Made by a program: the position numbers and the translations under genes. 64,000 nucleotides of DNA, from assembly GCA_963708025.1 (NCBI GenBank), contig CAVPSB010000049.1:160001-224000 (forward strand), given 5' to 3'. This document shows positions 28,208 to 39,061 of the stretch, in pieces. Numbering within the stretch: the stretch's first letter is position 1; every line of letters begins with the position of its first letter. The notes beneath the pieces are model-generated. The model was not told where the DNA came from and made no database searches. It was given only the letters and a program-made list of their open reading frames with translations. The stretch is from an uncultured Candidatus Rokubacteria bacterium (GTDB taxonomy: Bacteria; Methylomirabilota; Methylomirabilia; Rokubacteriales; DASRDR01).

Positions 28208-29392
28208 ATGGACCCGACCGTCACCGAGTGGCTCAACCTCGCGCTCCGCTGGTTCCACGTGATCGCCGCCATGGCCTGGATCGGCACCTCGCTCCACTTC
28301 ATGTGGCTCGACAGCGCGCTCGAGCCGCCCGCGAAGCCGCGCGAGGGTCTCGAAGGCGAGCTGTGGATGGTCCACAGCGGCGGGTTCTACCTCGTGGAGA
28401 AGCTCAAGCCCGGCCCGAACGCAATGCCGGCAACCCTGCACTGGTTCAAGTGGGAAGCCCTGCTGACCCTGGTCAGCGGTGTCAGCCTGCTCGGCGTCGC
28501 CTACTACCTGAGCGGCGGCGGCGCCCTGGTCGAGTCGGGCGGCGCGCGCCTCGGCGCCGGCACCGGGACCGCCCTCGCCCTCGGGCTCCTCGCCGCCGCC
28601 TGGCTCGGCTACGACCTCCTCTGGAACTCGCCGGTCGGCCGGCACCCGACGCTCGCCGCGGTCCTGTCGTGCACCGTCCTGGTGGCGATCGCCTTCGGCC
28701 TCGGCCGCGTCATGAGCGGCCGCGCGACCTTCGTCCACGTCGGCGCGATCCTCGGCACCCTGATGACGGCGAATGTCTGGATGCGGATCCTGCCCGCCCA
28801 GCGGGAGATGATCGCGGCGAGCCGGGCGGGCCGGATGCCGGACTTCACACTCGGCGCCCGTGCCAAGGTCCGCTCGGTCCATAACAGCTACATGACATTC
28901 CCGGTCGTCATCCTCATGCTCAGCAACCATTACCCAAGCCTGTACGGACACGAGCTGAACTGGGTCGCGCTCGCCCTCCTCCTCGTGCTGGGGGCCGGGA
29001 TCCGGCACGCCATGATCGCCTGGGACCGCTCGGGGCGCTGGGCGCTGGCGCCGGCGGCGGCCGCGCTGGCGGCGCTGGTCGTCATGACGGCCCCGGCAGC
29101 GTCCCACCCCGGGGCGGCGGCCGGCGAGCGGGTCTCGTTCGCCGCCGTCCGGGTCGTCCTCAACCAGCGCTGCCTGGGCTGCCACTCGGCGTTCCCCTCC
29201 GACCGGAGCTTCGGGCTCGCTCCCGGCGGCGTGAGCTTCGACGTCCCCGACCGCATCCCGGCGTTCGCCGAGCGGATCAAGCTCCGCGCCGTCGTCTCCC
29301 AGACGATGCCGCTCGCGAACAAGACCGGGATGACGACCGACGAGCGCGCGCTCCTCGCGCGCTGGATCGACCAGGGCGCCCGCCTGGAGTAG
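28208..29392 (+). CDS. puuD: Membrane urate hydroxylase PuuD with C-terminal cytochrome c
   Basis: RWFHVIAAMAWIG, ELWMVHSGGFY, LHWFKWEA, RSVHNSYMT, MLSNHYP, CLGCH heme motif, MPLANKTGMT. Confidence 0.9.
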   Translation: MDPTVTEWLNLALRWFHVIAAMAWIGTSLHFMWLDSALEPPAKPREGLEGELWMVHSGGFYLVEKLKPGPNAMPATLHWFKWEALLTLVSGVSLLGVAYYLSGGGALVESGGARLGAGTGTALALGLLAAAWLGYDLLWNSPVGRHPTLAAVLSCTVLVAIAFGLGRVMSGRATFVHVGAILGTLMTANVWMRILPAQREMIAASRAGRMPDFTLGARAKVRSVHNSYMTFPVVILMLSNHYPSLYGHELNWVALALLLVLGAGIRHAMIAWDRSGRWALAPAAAALAALVVMTAPAASHPGAAAGERVSFAAVRVVLNQRCLGCHSAFPSDRSFGLAPGGVSFDVPDRIPAFAERIKLRAVVSQTMPLANKTGMTTDERALLARWIDQGARLE

Positions 29393-29421
29393 CCGGGCCG
29401 ACCGGTGGTACCCTCCGGCAA

Positions 29422-31128
29422 ATGGATCCAATGATCGAGAGTCGGCGTGTCGCTGTCCTGGAGACGGCCTCCCAGCTCATCGGCAGGGCCGTCGCCCTTC
29501 TCGGCTGCCTGGTGCTCCTGGGTTGGGCGCTCGACATACCCACCCTGAGGAACCCGCTGCCAGGCTCGGTCGCCATGAAGGCCAACACGGCGATGGCCTT
29601 CGTGCTCTCGGCCGTGCCCCTGGGGCTATGGCGTGACCGGAGGACGTGGAGGCACGCCATCGCTCGCGGGTGCGCCGCGCTTGTCGTGCTGGTCGGCGTC
29701 CTGACTCTCGCCGAGTACGCGTTCGGCTGGGACCTCCACATCGACGAGTGGCTCTTCCGCGACGCGGTGGGCGCACCGGGAGCCAGCCACCCGGGCCGGA
29801 TGGCTCCCTTGACGGCTCTCGGCTTCGTCCTGCTCGGGCTCGCGGAGATGACACTCGACCTCGCTCGAGCGGGCGCCCTCGGCCAATGGCTGGCCATCGC
29901 GGTTGGGTATCTCGGCGTGCTCAACCTGGTGGGCAATGCCTATCGGGCTCAAGGCCTCAGCCACCTCTACAGCCCTGCCTCGGCGTACACGGAAATGCCG
30001 CTGCTTACGGCCGGAGTGTTCGTCGTCGTCAGCGGCGCCGTGCTGTGCGCACGGCCCGACCGTGGAATGATGGCGATCGCGACGAGCCAGACCGCCGGTG
30101 GCGTGGTGGCCCGCCGTCTTCTCCCGGCCGCCCTCGGTCTGCCGCTCGTTCTCGGTTGGCTACGCTTGCTCGGCGAGCGCGCGGGCCTCTGGACCTTTCA
30201 GGCGGGGTGGGGACTGCTGGCCCTCTCCACGCTGACGGTGTTCGTGGTGATCGTGTGGCGGAGCGCCCGCGTGCTGCACCAGACCGACGGTCAGCGGCAG
30301 CAGGTGGAAGCGGCGCTGCGTCGGGCGCGTGATGATCTGGAGACCCAGGTGCAACAACGAACCCGGGACCTGAGCGAGACCGTTCACGCGCTGCAGGTGG
30401 AAGTAGACGAGCGCCAGCGAGTCGAGCAGGCTCTCCGGGAGAGTGAGCGGCGGTACCGGGACCTCGTCGATTCGAGCCGAGGGCTCATCTGCATCCACGA
30501 TCTCGATGGCACCGTGCTGTCCGTGAACCCGGCCGCGGCGCGGCTGCTCGGCTACACGGCGGCGGAGCTGGTCGGGAGAAACTTGCGCGAGATCCTGGCC
30601 CCGTCCGTCCAGCCTCTGTTTCCTCAGTACCTCGAGCGGATCCGCCAGGCGCCGGCGGATGAGGGCGTGATGCGAGTCGTCACCCGGGCCGGCGAGGAGC
30701 GTCTCTGGGCCTACAGCAACGTGCGGTACGAGGAGCCGGGGCGCCCACCCTATGTCCTGGGCCATGCGCAGGACATCACGGCGCTGAAGCGCGCCGAGCA
30801 CCTCGCGCGGCAGGCGGAGGCGCTCCGGTCAGTCGCTCAGCTGGCGAACGCCGCCGCTCATGAGATCAACAACCCGCTCGCGATCGTCGCCGGCCAGCTC
30901 GAGATGCTGAAAGGGCAGAGTTCGGACGATCCGGACACACTCACCAGGATCGAGAAGGCAAGGGCGGCCGTGCTTCGAATCCAGACGATCCTTGGAAGCA
31001 TGGCGAGAATCACACGACTCGAGCGCCTCGACTGGTCTCCGAATCTGCCGCCGCTGCTCGACTTGCGTCGATCGGGAGCCCCAGACGCCGATGGGACTTC
31101 GACTCCCGACGATGCCCCCCAGGCATAA
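29422..31128 (+). CDS. Multi-TM PAS sensor with HisKA (H-box) domain but no HATPase domain
   Basis: Several TM helices, coiled coil, LRESERRYR-PAS-QDIT, AAAHEINNPL; stops ~85 aa after the H-box with no N/G1/F/G2 boxes. Confidence 0.85.
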   Translation: MDPMIESRRVAVLETASQLIGRAVALLGCLVLLGWALDIPTLRNPLPGSVAMKANTAMAFVLSAVPLGLWRDRRTWRHAIARGCAALVVLVGVLTLAEYAFGWDLHIDEWLFRDAVGAPGASHPGRMAPLTALGFVLLGLAEMTLDLARAGALGQWLAIAVGYLGVLNLVGNAYRAQGLSHLYSPASAYTEMPLLTAGVFVVVSGAVLCARPDRGMMAIATSQTAGGVVARRLLPAALGLPLVLGWLRLLGERAGLWTFQAGWGLLALSTLTVFVVIVWRSARVLHQTDGQRQQVEAALRRARDDLETQVQQRTRDLSETVHALQVEVDERQRVEQALRESERRYRDLVDSSRGLICIHDLDGTVLSVNPAAARLLGYTAAELVGRNLREILAPSVQPLFPQYLERIRQAPADEGVMRVVTRAGEERLWAYSNVRYEEPGRPPYVLGHAQDITALKRAEHLARQAEALRSVAQLANAAAHEINNPLAIVAGQLEMLKGQSSDDPDTLTRIEKARAAVLRIQTILGSMARITRLERLDWSPNLPPLLDLRRSGAPDADGTSTPDDAPQA

Positions 31129-31170
31129 GGCGCTGTGTCGACCTTCGGGATTGCGACGGGTCTGAAGGAG

Positions 31171-32296
31171 CTATGAACGGCCGCCGTGCTGTCGGGGCTG
31201 GCGCTTCAAGTCTTGGAGGTTCGAGGGCGCTAACGGGCCAGCACGCCTCTTGGACTCGGCTCGGGCCCCGGTGACGGAGCAGTTCGAGAGCGTCTCGAAT
31301 GCCGCCACCATGCGCGTCAGGACCAACCTCCTGACCGCCGCCCGAGGGTCAGGCCCGGCTCCGCCGCCCACGATCGTCGGGTTGGTGTTGATCTCCCACA
31401 CCTGAACCCGGCCGTCCAGGATCGCATAGTCCATGCGCCCATACTGAATCCGGGCCAGGGCGAAGATCTCCCTGAGCGTGTCCTCGTGAGGATTGTGCTC
31501 GACGTACTGGGCCTCCTCGCGCAGCAGCTCCGGATCTTTCAGGTCCGGGCTCTTCTGGACCCAGCACCGGCTGAACTGCAGACTCTTCGGGACGATCCGA
31601 TCACCCACGATGAACGCTCCGTGCTTCCGATAGATTCCCCGTGCGTCCACGGTATCGCAGAACTCCACGACGAGGAGTTCTTCCCGCCGGTCATCCGTGC
31701 GCTCGAAGGCGCAGATCGCGTCCACGAGCTCGTGCCGGCTCCTGAGCAGTGGCGTGATCGGCCCCCCGTGGTCGCTCTCGAGCCGGAGGAAGACCGGGTA
31801 TCGTTCCGGCCACCGCCCTTCGGTCACGCGATAGGCGTTGAACGTGTTGATGCCGCGCTCGTAGAGGTTGCGCAGCAACTCGTAGCGGCGCATCGAGCGG
31901 GTCGGGTGGTTCAGCAGGCGGCGACCCGGATCCGACTCGGCGAGGGTCCGCCACACGAACGCGGCACGCCGGGTCTCCTCGGGCGTGAGACTGTCGACAT
32001 CGGCAAAGATGTAGATGCCGAGCGGGAGCGCCCACCTCGCGCTCGCGTACCGGCCGAGGCGGGCGGCCAGCGACCCGAGTGCCGGGGGTACCTCGCGTCG
32101 AACGTGGCGACCAGCCGTGGCGCGCCAGGGTCCAGTAGGACTCCTTGGCTCTCCTCCACCAGAAATCCTTGGTCATCCGGCCGAGCAGGCGTTCGTAAGC
32201 GACGGGGCGCACGTCGCCGGCTAGGCGCCCTCCCGCCGAGTCGAGCAGCTTCTGGATGCCGGTGAGATGCTCACACTTGGCCAGGAAGTAAGTCAC
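31171..32296 (-). CDS. ATP-grasp-like hypothetical protein (frameshifted 5' part)
   Basis: YPVFLR...H.GP, LLVVEFCD, YGRMDYAILDGRVQVWEINTNP C-terminal motif; the N-terminal part lies in a different frame. Confidence 0.55.
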
Positions 32297-32333
32297 GCGG
32301 ATGGCTCCCGGGCGCCCGATCCGGCCGGTCGGG

Positions 32334-34064
32334 TCAGGACCGCTCGACGACGTAGAGGTGGGTGAGCATCCTCGAGTAGATGTTCGTGTCGATGACCACG
32401 TCCCCAGCCCGATTTCGCTTGACTCCGCGGACCCATGGCTTGAGGGCGGCGTACGGGGTCCCCCACACCACCGGGACGTAGCCAACGTCCCTCTGCAGGA
32501 TCTCCTCGGCCTTCCTGTACAGATCCATGCGTTTCCGGTGATCGAGCTCCCCGCGGGCGGCCTCCACCGTCCGATCCAACTCCTCGTTGGCCCACGCCTG
32601 CCGCCGTCCCGTGGTGCCCTTGCCGTAGAACGTGTCGAAGTACTCGTTGTGAGGGTCGGGGTAGTCGATGGACCAGCGGATCCAGACGGCCTGGAACTCG
32701 TGCTTCCAGAGCCGCTGGTAGAAGACCTGCGGTTCGAGCACGGCCAGCTCGGTCTTCAGGTTGAGGTGCTCGAGGAGCATCGCCTGGACGGCTTCCGCCA
32801 TCGGCTTGGCGCCGTCGCCCTGCGCGCGCATGGAGATCACGACCTTGGGCCAGTTCCTTCCGCCTTCGAACGGCGTCCCCTTGAGCGCCAGCAGGGCCGC
32901 CCTCGGGTCGAAGCGCTGGATCCGCTGGATGTCGGCGTGGACGATGTGACCGGGGACCCCCGGAGGGATCATCGAGTGCGCCGGGGTCGCGAAGCCCTGT
33001 GACACCTTGGCGACCGCCTCGCGATCGATGGCATGGGACACCGCCCGTCGCACGCTCAGGCTGTCGAAGGGAGGCCTGGTGACCTGGGGAGTCAGGTACC
33101 AGGTCTGCGGCCGCGGATACCGGAAGACCTGCTTCCCCACCAACGGGTCCGCCATGGCACGGCGCAGGTCGCCGGGAGGAACGAGCGTGAAGTCCACCTC
33201 GTCGTTCTCGTAGGGGAGGAACCCGGCGCTCGTCGGGATGATCGGGACGATGACCCGCTCGAGATGGATATCCTGGACCCCGTGGTAACGGGGATTCTTC
33301 ACGAGGACGAGCTGCTGGCCGTGAGTCCAGGACTCCAGCTTGAACGGCCCGTTACTGACGATGTTCTCAGGCTCCGTCCACGTGTCCCCGTACTTCTCGA
33401 CGCCCGGACGATAGGCAGGGAGCGCCGTGCTGAAGGCCGTCAGGGCCGGGAAGTAGGCGCGTGGCCCCTCGAGGGTGACTTCCAACGTGTAGTCGTCCCG
33501 CGCGCGCAGCCCGAGCTGTAGAGGATCCGGAACGCGACCCTTGTTGAAGGCCTCACCGTTCCGGATGTCGTAGAAGAAAGCGGCGTAGGGGGATCCCGTC
33601 CCAGGGTCGAGGACGCGTCGCCAGGACCAGACGAAGTCGTGCGCGGTACAGGGCGCCCCGTTCGACCACCCGGAGTCCCTCCGCATGTAGAACGTCCACA
33701 CGGAGCCGTCCGAATTGGACTCCACCTTCGTCGCCAGATCCGGCACTGGAACGAAGTCCACATCGAACTGCAGGAGTCCGGCGAACAGCGCGAGGTGACC
33801 ACCACCGAAGCTGTCCTTGCCGAAATCGTGACTCGAAGGCTCCCGATCGAAGTAGCCGCCACCGCCGGTGCGCAGGACCTGGTCCTTCGCCAGCCGCTCC
33901 CCTGGGACCAACTTCGGGGCCGCCGCCGCCCGCCGGCCGCTGAAGGTCCCGGGGCCCGCCACCGCAGTAAGAGCCGCGACCGTTCTCAGGAAGCCTCGAC
34001 GGTCAACCCCGACCGCTCGCAGTCGCTGCTCGAGGAACTCAGCCATTCCGTCGGTCAGCCGCAT
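32334..34064 (-). CDS. Peptide ABC substrate-binding protein (family 5, OppA-like), Tat signal
   Basis: DRRGFL Tat motif, PDLA, WSNGAPCTAHDFVWSWRR, VSNGPFKL, VRRAVSHAIDR, DYPDP. Confidence 0.92.
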   Translation of the reverse strand: MRLTDGMAEFLEQRLRAVGVDRRGFLRTVAALTAVAGPGTFSGRRAAAAPKLVPGERLAKDQVLRTGGGGYFDREPSSHDFGKDSFGGGHLALFAGLLQFDVDFVPVPDLATKVESNSDGSVWTFYMRRDSGWSNGAPCTAHDFVWSWRRVLDPGTGSPYAAFFYDIRNGEAFNKGRVPDPLQLGLRARDDYTLEVTLEGPRAYFPALTAFSTALPAYRPGVEKYGDTWTEPENIVSNGPFKLESWTHGQQLVLVKNPRYHGVQDIHLERVIVPIIPTSAGFLPYENDEVDFTLVPPGDLRRAMADPLVGKQVFRYPRPQTWYLTPQVTRPPFDSLSVRRAVSHAIDREAVAKVSQGFATPAHSMIPPGVPGHIVHADIQRIQRFDPRAALLALKGTPFEGGRNWPKVVISMRAQGDGAKPMAEAVQAMLLEHLNLKTELAVLEPQVFYQRLWKHEFQAVWIRWSIDYPDPHNEYFDTFYGKGTTGRRQAWANEELDRTVEAARGELDHRKRMDLYRKAEEILQRDVGYVPVVWGTPYAALKPWVRGVKRNRAGDVVIDTNIYSRMLTHLYVVERS

Positions 34065-34255
34065 GCGGCCCTCCGTGAGTCGCAAGGCCCATGGTCACAG
34101 GGAGACCCGACGTGGCCCGCGCAGGCGCGATCTCCGCTATTCCGACCCTCGCTGACGGCGTTATGACAATCCGGCGTGGCCAGATCGCCGGGGTTCAGCT
34201 GCAAAGGCGCGACGTGCCATCGTGTGCTCACGCGTGAGGTACAGCGACCATTGCA

Positions 34256-34271
34256 TGCGAGCTTCGTGCCA
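34256..34271 (-). promoter_or_regulatory. Sigma54-like -24/-12 site upstream of the OppA-like gene
   Basis: TGGCAC-GAAGC-TCGCA on the minus strand. Confidence 0.45.
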
Positions 34272-34554
34272 ATCGCTGCCACCTCGTAACGGCACCCGGA
34301 TCGTGCCACTGCTCGGCGGCCGATTTCACGCCTCGGGCGGCCCCGCCAGCAGTGGGCTCGGTTGTCAGAAGGGTGTCCCCGCCTGAAAGGCGACACACTC
34401 ACCGGCGGTCACGTTGCGCGCTGAGCATTCCGGAGAGGAGTCTGGCAATCGGCCTCCGGAAATTCTATGCACGAATGCTGAAATGAGATGGCCATCGAGC
34501 CCCTCAACGGTGCTATAGAAGCGACGACAAGGCGCTTCGGCACTGCCAGACGAG

Positions 34555-34701
34555 GAGACAAGATCCTTCGGCGCACCGACCCGGGCGAGCTGCCTATCGA
34601 GCTGCCCACGACGTCTGCCCTGCCATCAACTCAAGACGGCGAAGGCCCTCGGGACGAGCTCCCAGTCGCTGCTGTTGCGGGCGGCTGAGGTGATTCAGTA
34701 G
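34555..34701 (+). pseudogene. Degraded C-terminus of an ABC_sub_bind-type substrate-binding protein
   Basis: Across frameshifts reads DKILRRTDPGELPIELPT..IN.KTAKALG..QSLLLRAAEVIQ*, the typical tail of this family. Confidence 0.75.
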
Positions 34702-35005
34702 AGGTCAGTGCGGAGCAACTCGGGAGGGGGACACTGATGAATGCCGCTCCCGATCCGCCGCGCCATGGTCAGGGCGAGGGCCAGGCTGAGCATCGCGATG
34801 ACGGCCGCGCCTGCACCGATCTGGGCCAGGAGTCGCCCCCGCGGGCGCTCCTCCCGCGGCGGGCACGACTACTTCGTGCCGGCGCGGACCAGATTCTCGA
34901 ACGAGGCCACGCCCCCGCCATCGCGACCGTGGAGACCCCTGGCGTTCCCGAATGACGGGGCCTCGAGGTCGAGCCGTTGCTCGTCACTCTGACCGGCTGC
35001 TCCGG

Positions 35006-37601
35006 TCATGGCCTTCGAGGGGCATACTCGTTCAGGAGCCAGTCGATGATCCCGCCAGGGTCCATTGATTCCGCTCTCTCGGCCGGGACGATGCTAGTGA
35101 TCGATGCCGGACCGGGGAGCGGCCCGGTCACCTCTCGCTTCTCATCGGAGGCAACCACCTTCGGCGGCGCTTTCGACGGCGTGTTGACAGCGGCCGCCGG
35201 AAGCGCGCCGACAGGCGGCTGCCGCATTCTCACCACCTCGGTATCAGGCTCGGGCTGGCTCGCCTGAGCGGACTGGACGAATGACTCGACGGCCGTGTCC
35301 AACCGGCCGCCCTCGCTCGGCCGGTCGGTCGGCGGTTCGCTCGATTCCCTCGTCGTTGCACCCGCACTGGATCGCTGGTCGGTGGAGCGACTCGAATGAT
35401 ACAGGTAGCCGGCCATGGCCAGCAGGAGGACGAACAGGACAGCGTACTGCGCGATCTTGCGGGCGGTCCCTCGCCCTTCCTCGTCAGCGTCCGGAACCGG
35501 GGCGGCTTGTCTCCAGCCCCTGACCGTCTCGCGACGATCTGCTCGAGCTGGCTGCGAGTGCAAAGGTCCGCCGGCGCCATTGGGGGCAGTCCTTGTCGTC
35601 GGCGGGGCTCCGGCTCGCTTTTCCCCCTCAGGGCTCGCAACCGGTGCGACCTCTCCCTGGCTCCTGCCCGTCTCGAGACCGTTTCCCCGAGGTGGCGGCG
35701 TATCCGACGGTCCGCCGGCGTCGTCCAGGGCGACCCCCGTCAGGGCTCGGGCTCCCTCTTCGTCCACGGCGCTCGCAACCGGTACGGCCGCTGCCGGGCT
35801 CGTGACCGTCTCGGCCTCGAGACCGTCGCCCCGAAGTGGCGGCGAATCCGACGGTCCGCCGGCGCCGTCGTCCAGGGCAACCCCCGTCCGAGGGCCGCCG
35901 GCTCGCTCTTCCTCCGCGGCGCTCGCAACCGGTACGGCCGCTGCCGGGCTCGTGACCGTCTCGGCCTCGAGACCGTCGCCCCGAAGTGGCGGCGAATCCG
36001 ACGGTCCGCCGGCGCCGTCGTCCAGGGCAACCCCCGTCCGAGGGCCGCCGGCTCGCTCTTCCTCCGCGGCGCTCGCAACCGGTACGGCCGCTGCCGGGCT
36101 CGTGACCGTCTCGGCCTCGAGACCGTCGCCCCGAAGTGGCGGCGAATCCGACGGTCCGCCGGCGCCGTCGTCCAGGGCAACCCCCGTCCGAGGGCCGCCG
36201 GCTCGCTCTTCCTCCGCGGCGCTCGCAACCGGTACGCCGCTGCCGGGCTCGTGACCGTCTCGGCCTCGAGACCGTCGCCCCGAAGTGGCGGCGAATCCGA
36301 CGGTCCGCCGGCGCCGTCGTCCAGGGCAACCCCCGTCGAGGGCCGCCGGCTCGCTCTTCGTCCGCGGCGCTCGCAACCGGTACGGCCGCTGCCGGGCTCG
36401 TGACCGTCTCGGCCTCGAGACCGTCGCCCCGAAGTGGCGGCGAATCCGACGGTCCGCCGGCGCCGTCGTCCAGGGCAACCCCCGTCCGAGGGCCGCCGGC
36501 TCGCTCTTCCTCCGCGGCGCTCGCAACCGGTACGGCCGCTGCCGGGCTCGTGACCGTCTCGGCCTCGAGACCGTCGCCCCGAAGTGGCGGCGAATCCGAC
36601 GGTCCGCCGGCGCCGTCGTCCAGGGCAACCCCCGTCCGAGGGCCGCCGGCTCGCTCTTCCTCCGCGGCGCTCGCAGCCGGTACGGCTGCTCCCCGGCTCC
36701 TCACCTTCACACCGTTCCGAAGAGGTAGTCCGAGCCTTCCGGCGCACTCCCTGACGATCTCGGCGTTGATCGTGTTCGCGCCACGCCGATAGCCACTCAT
36801 CAGAGCCAGATCTCCGATCACGTTGATCAGACGTGGAATGCCTTGCGAAAACGCGCTGACCTCACGAATAGCCCCGGCCGTGAACAGGCTCCGGCCCGCG
36901 CCCGCCATCTTCAGGCGATGCTGAACATACTGCCTGACTTCGGACTCCGTCAGCGGGGCGGTGGTGCCTCTGATCCCGATCCATTCCTCGAGGGCCCCGT
37001 CTTCGGGCTCCGACAGGATCGCGTTCAGCTCATTCTCGCCTACGAGCAGAAGGTTCAGGCAGGTTGACCGATCCGTGCCGACGTTCGCCAGATGGCGCAT
37101 CTCTGAGATGAGCTCGCGGCTCAGACTCTGCGCCTCGTCGACGACGAGCAGGACGCGCTTGTCCCGGGAGCCGGCGTCGTCGACAAACTGCTCGAAGCGC
37201 TGACGAAAGGCTTCACGGCTGTCGGCCGGCCCGCCGATGCCGCATGCGTCGGCGATGGCTTGGAGGAAGTCGAGCGTCTCGAGGCTCGAATACGACACCC
37301 TGACTACGATCACTGCATCGCCTAGGTCTCGGAGCAGGGTATCCGTCAGCGTAGTCTTCCCGCTACCAAAGTCGCCCGTCAGGACGGCCAACCCCGCGTT
37401 CTTGAGAATACCGGACTTCAGATTGCTCAGGGTCTCTCTGCGCGCCCCCTCGAGCCACAGAAACTTCGGGTCGGGGCTGGGCTGAAAGGGGTTCACGCGC
37501 AGACCGAAAGAGGACAGCTCCGTCTCGACGTCGAGGTCCATCTCGAGGTGCTTCATGAGGTAGAGCCTCCCGGTGGTCGTGGCCAGCCCGTCGTCACTCA
37601 C
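35006..37601 (-). CDS. ExeA/GspA-like AAA ATPase with 50-aa repeat stalk and C-terminal TM (two 1-bp frameshifts in the repeat)
   Basis: NPFQPSPDPKFLW, GDFGSGKT, LLVVDEAQ, LLLVGE, YVQHRL, SQGIPRLINVI; TM IAQYAVLFVLLLAMAGYLY; ends DPGGIIDWLL. Confidence 0.85.
35630..36690. repeat. 150-bp coding tandem repeat, six near-identical copies plus one degenerate
   Basis: GACCGTCGCC anchors at 35821, 35971, 36121, 36270, 36419, 36569; unit VPVASAAEEERAGGPRTGVALDDGAGGPSDSPPLRGDGLEAETVTSPAAA. Confidence 0.95.
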
Positions 37602-38586
37602 CCAGGATCTGCTTGATGGCCTCCATCACGGGATTGCTTCCAGACGACGACTTGGCCGCCGCCGACGCCTCGACCGGCTTTCGGAGATACTTCCTGACGC
37701 AGTCGTACTGCTCCCATCCCTTCAGCGGGAAGTCCAGATCGACGGCCTTCCACTTCGGATGGCCGTTCTTTTTGAGCCAGTCCATGTTGTCGGCGACAGT
37801 CTTGGCGAGCGTGCCCACGCTGTCACAGTCCTTCCGCCTGAAATCGAACGAGATGAGGACCGCCTTCACGGCCACCGTCTCCACGGGGCGCGTCTGCCAG
37901 CGATAGGTGTTCGCCGGAATCTCAGCCCTCGGGTAGAACTCGGTGATGCTCTTGTTCGTGATGGGAATCAGGGTCAGACCGTCGGAGTCGCCGACGTCCT
38001 CGCTGAACAGTTTCACCGGATAGCCCGCGACATAGAACATCGCGTCGATGCGTCCCGCCTTCAGCTCTGCCAGGGCCTCACCGGTGTCGATGGGCACCAT
38101 CTCCCGGGGTGATACTTCCGAGACGTTGAAGAGGAGTCGCGCCGTCAGATATGTCCCGCTTCCCTCGCGGCCGATGGCGACCCGCCGGTCGGCCAAATCG
38201 TCGAAATCCGCGACGGTGCCGCGGGCGAGCACATGAACTTCCTCGTTGTAGAGCGGAAACACCATCTTGGTCTTCTTGGCGATCCGCTTCAACACCGGGT
38301 CGGACTGCACGCGTCCGACAAAGGCCAGGACATCCGACTGGACGATCCCGAGCTGTGTCAGCGGCTTCTGGTAGACCGCGTATACGTTCTCGATCGACCC
38401 CTTCGAAGCGTATACGCTCAGGCTGATGCCGCTCTGCTTCACGAGATTCTGGAGATTCAGGCCGAACTGGTAATAGGTCCCTTTTTCGCCTCCCGTGATG
38501 ATGCCCATGTCGGCCGCGGCGGACACGGACGCCAGGGCAAGGACGATGAAGACCGGGGCCGCAAGCCGCGCGAGTGCCTTCTTCAT
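37594..38586 (-). CDS. TAXI family TRAP solute-binding protein
   Basis: Signal peptide, TGGEKGTYY, SKGSIEN, GIVQSD, LYNEEVH, IGREGSGT motifs. Confidence 0.9.
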   Translation of the reverse strand: MKKALARLAAPVFIVLALASVSAAADMGIITGGEKGTYYQFGLNLQNLVKQSGISLSVYASKGSIENVYAVYQKPLTQLGIVQSDVLAFVGRVQSDPVLKRIAKKTKMVFPLYNEEVHVLARGTVADFDDLADRRVAIGREGSGTYLTARLLFNVSEVSPREMVPIDTGEALAELKAGRIDAMFYVAGYPVKLFSEDVGDSDGLTLIPITNKSITEFYPRAEIPANTYRWQTRPVETVAVKAVLISFDFRRKDCDSVGTLAKTVADNMDWLKKNGHPKWKAVDLDFPLKGWEQYDCVRKYLRKPVEASAAAKSSSGSNPVMEAIKQILGE

Positions 38587-39061
38587 GATGTGCTCTCCTC
38601 TTCCGATTCCGACCGCTGCCGCCGACGTATGATCGACCGCCGGTACCTTTGGCACTGTCTGGCTCACGACCCTGCACCGTGAGGCCGGCCATCTCCGTGG
38701 GTGACTGTGCCGTCCCCTCTCGCCCCCCGCTTGCCCTCCGCCGGCTACCGAATCCTGCGTGGCCAGCTCCTTCCACGCCCTCCGCGGCCCACTGGCCGCT
38801 GGCACAACCCCGCCTCCTCCGGGAGCCCCTCGCGCCGCTCCAAAGCTCCCGGCGCTCGCGCACGCCCCGGGAGTGCGAGAACACCCTCCTACTTCCAAGA
38901 ATGTCCGCGCCACCGGGAAGCCCCTCACACGCGAGGCCACCCGTTGGGATCGGCCTCGGGGGGCTTTCGGGTCCTCGCCGGCCGGCCTGGGGCCGCCGCC
39001 GGAGCCCGCTGACGACCGTGCGGGCTCGCCCAGCCCATCGTCCCCGGCGGGCGCGTGTGGG

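Noticed and set aside
34044-34085. Apparent MRLTEG/MRLTDG duplication at the OppA start
   Set aside because: Short and imperfect; the upstream copy supplies the GGAGG RBS, so it is not treated as coding.
34700-35009. Small gene downstream of the ExeA-like gene (ATGA overlap, TM-like stretch in another frame)
   Set aside because: Broken by a stop or frameshift and too short to assign.
35630-36690. Possible CRISPR array
   Set aside because: The units are identical over their whole 150 bp with no unique spacers, they are in-frame coding, and there are no cas genes.
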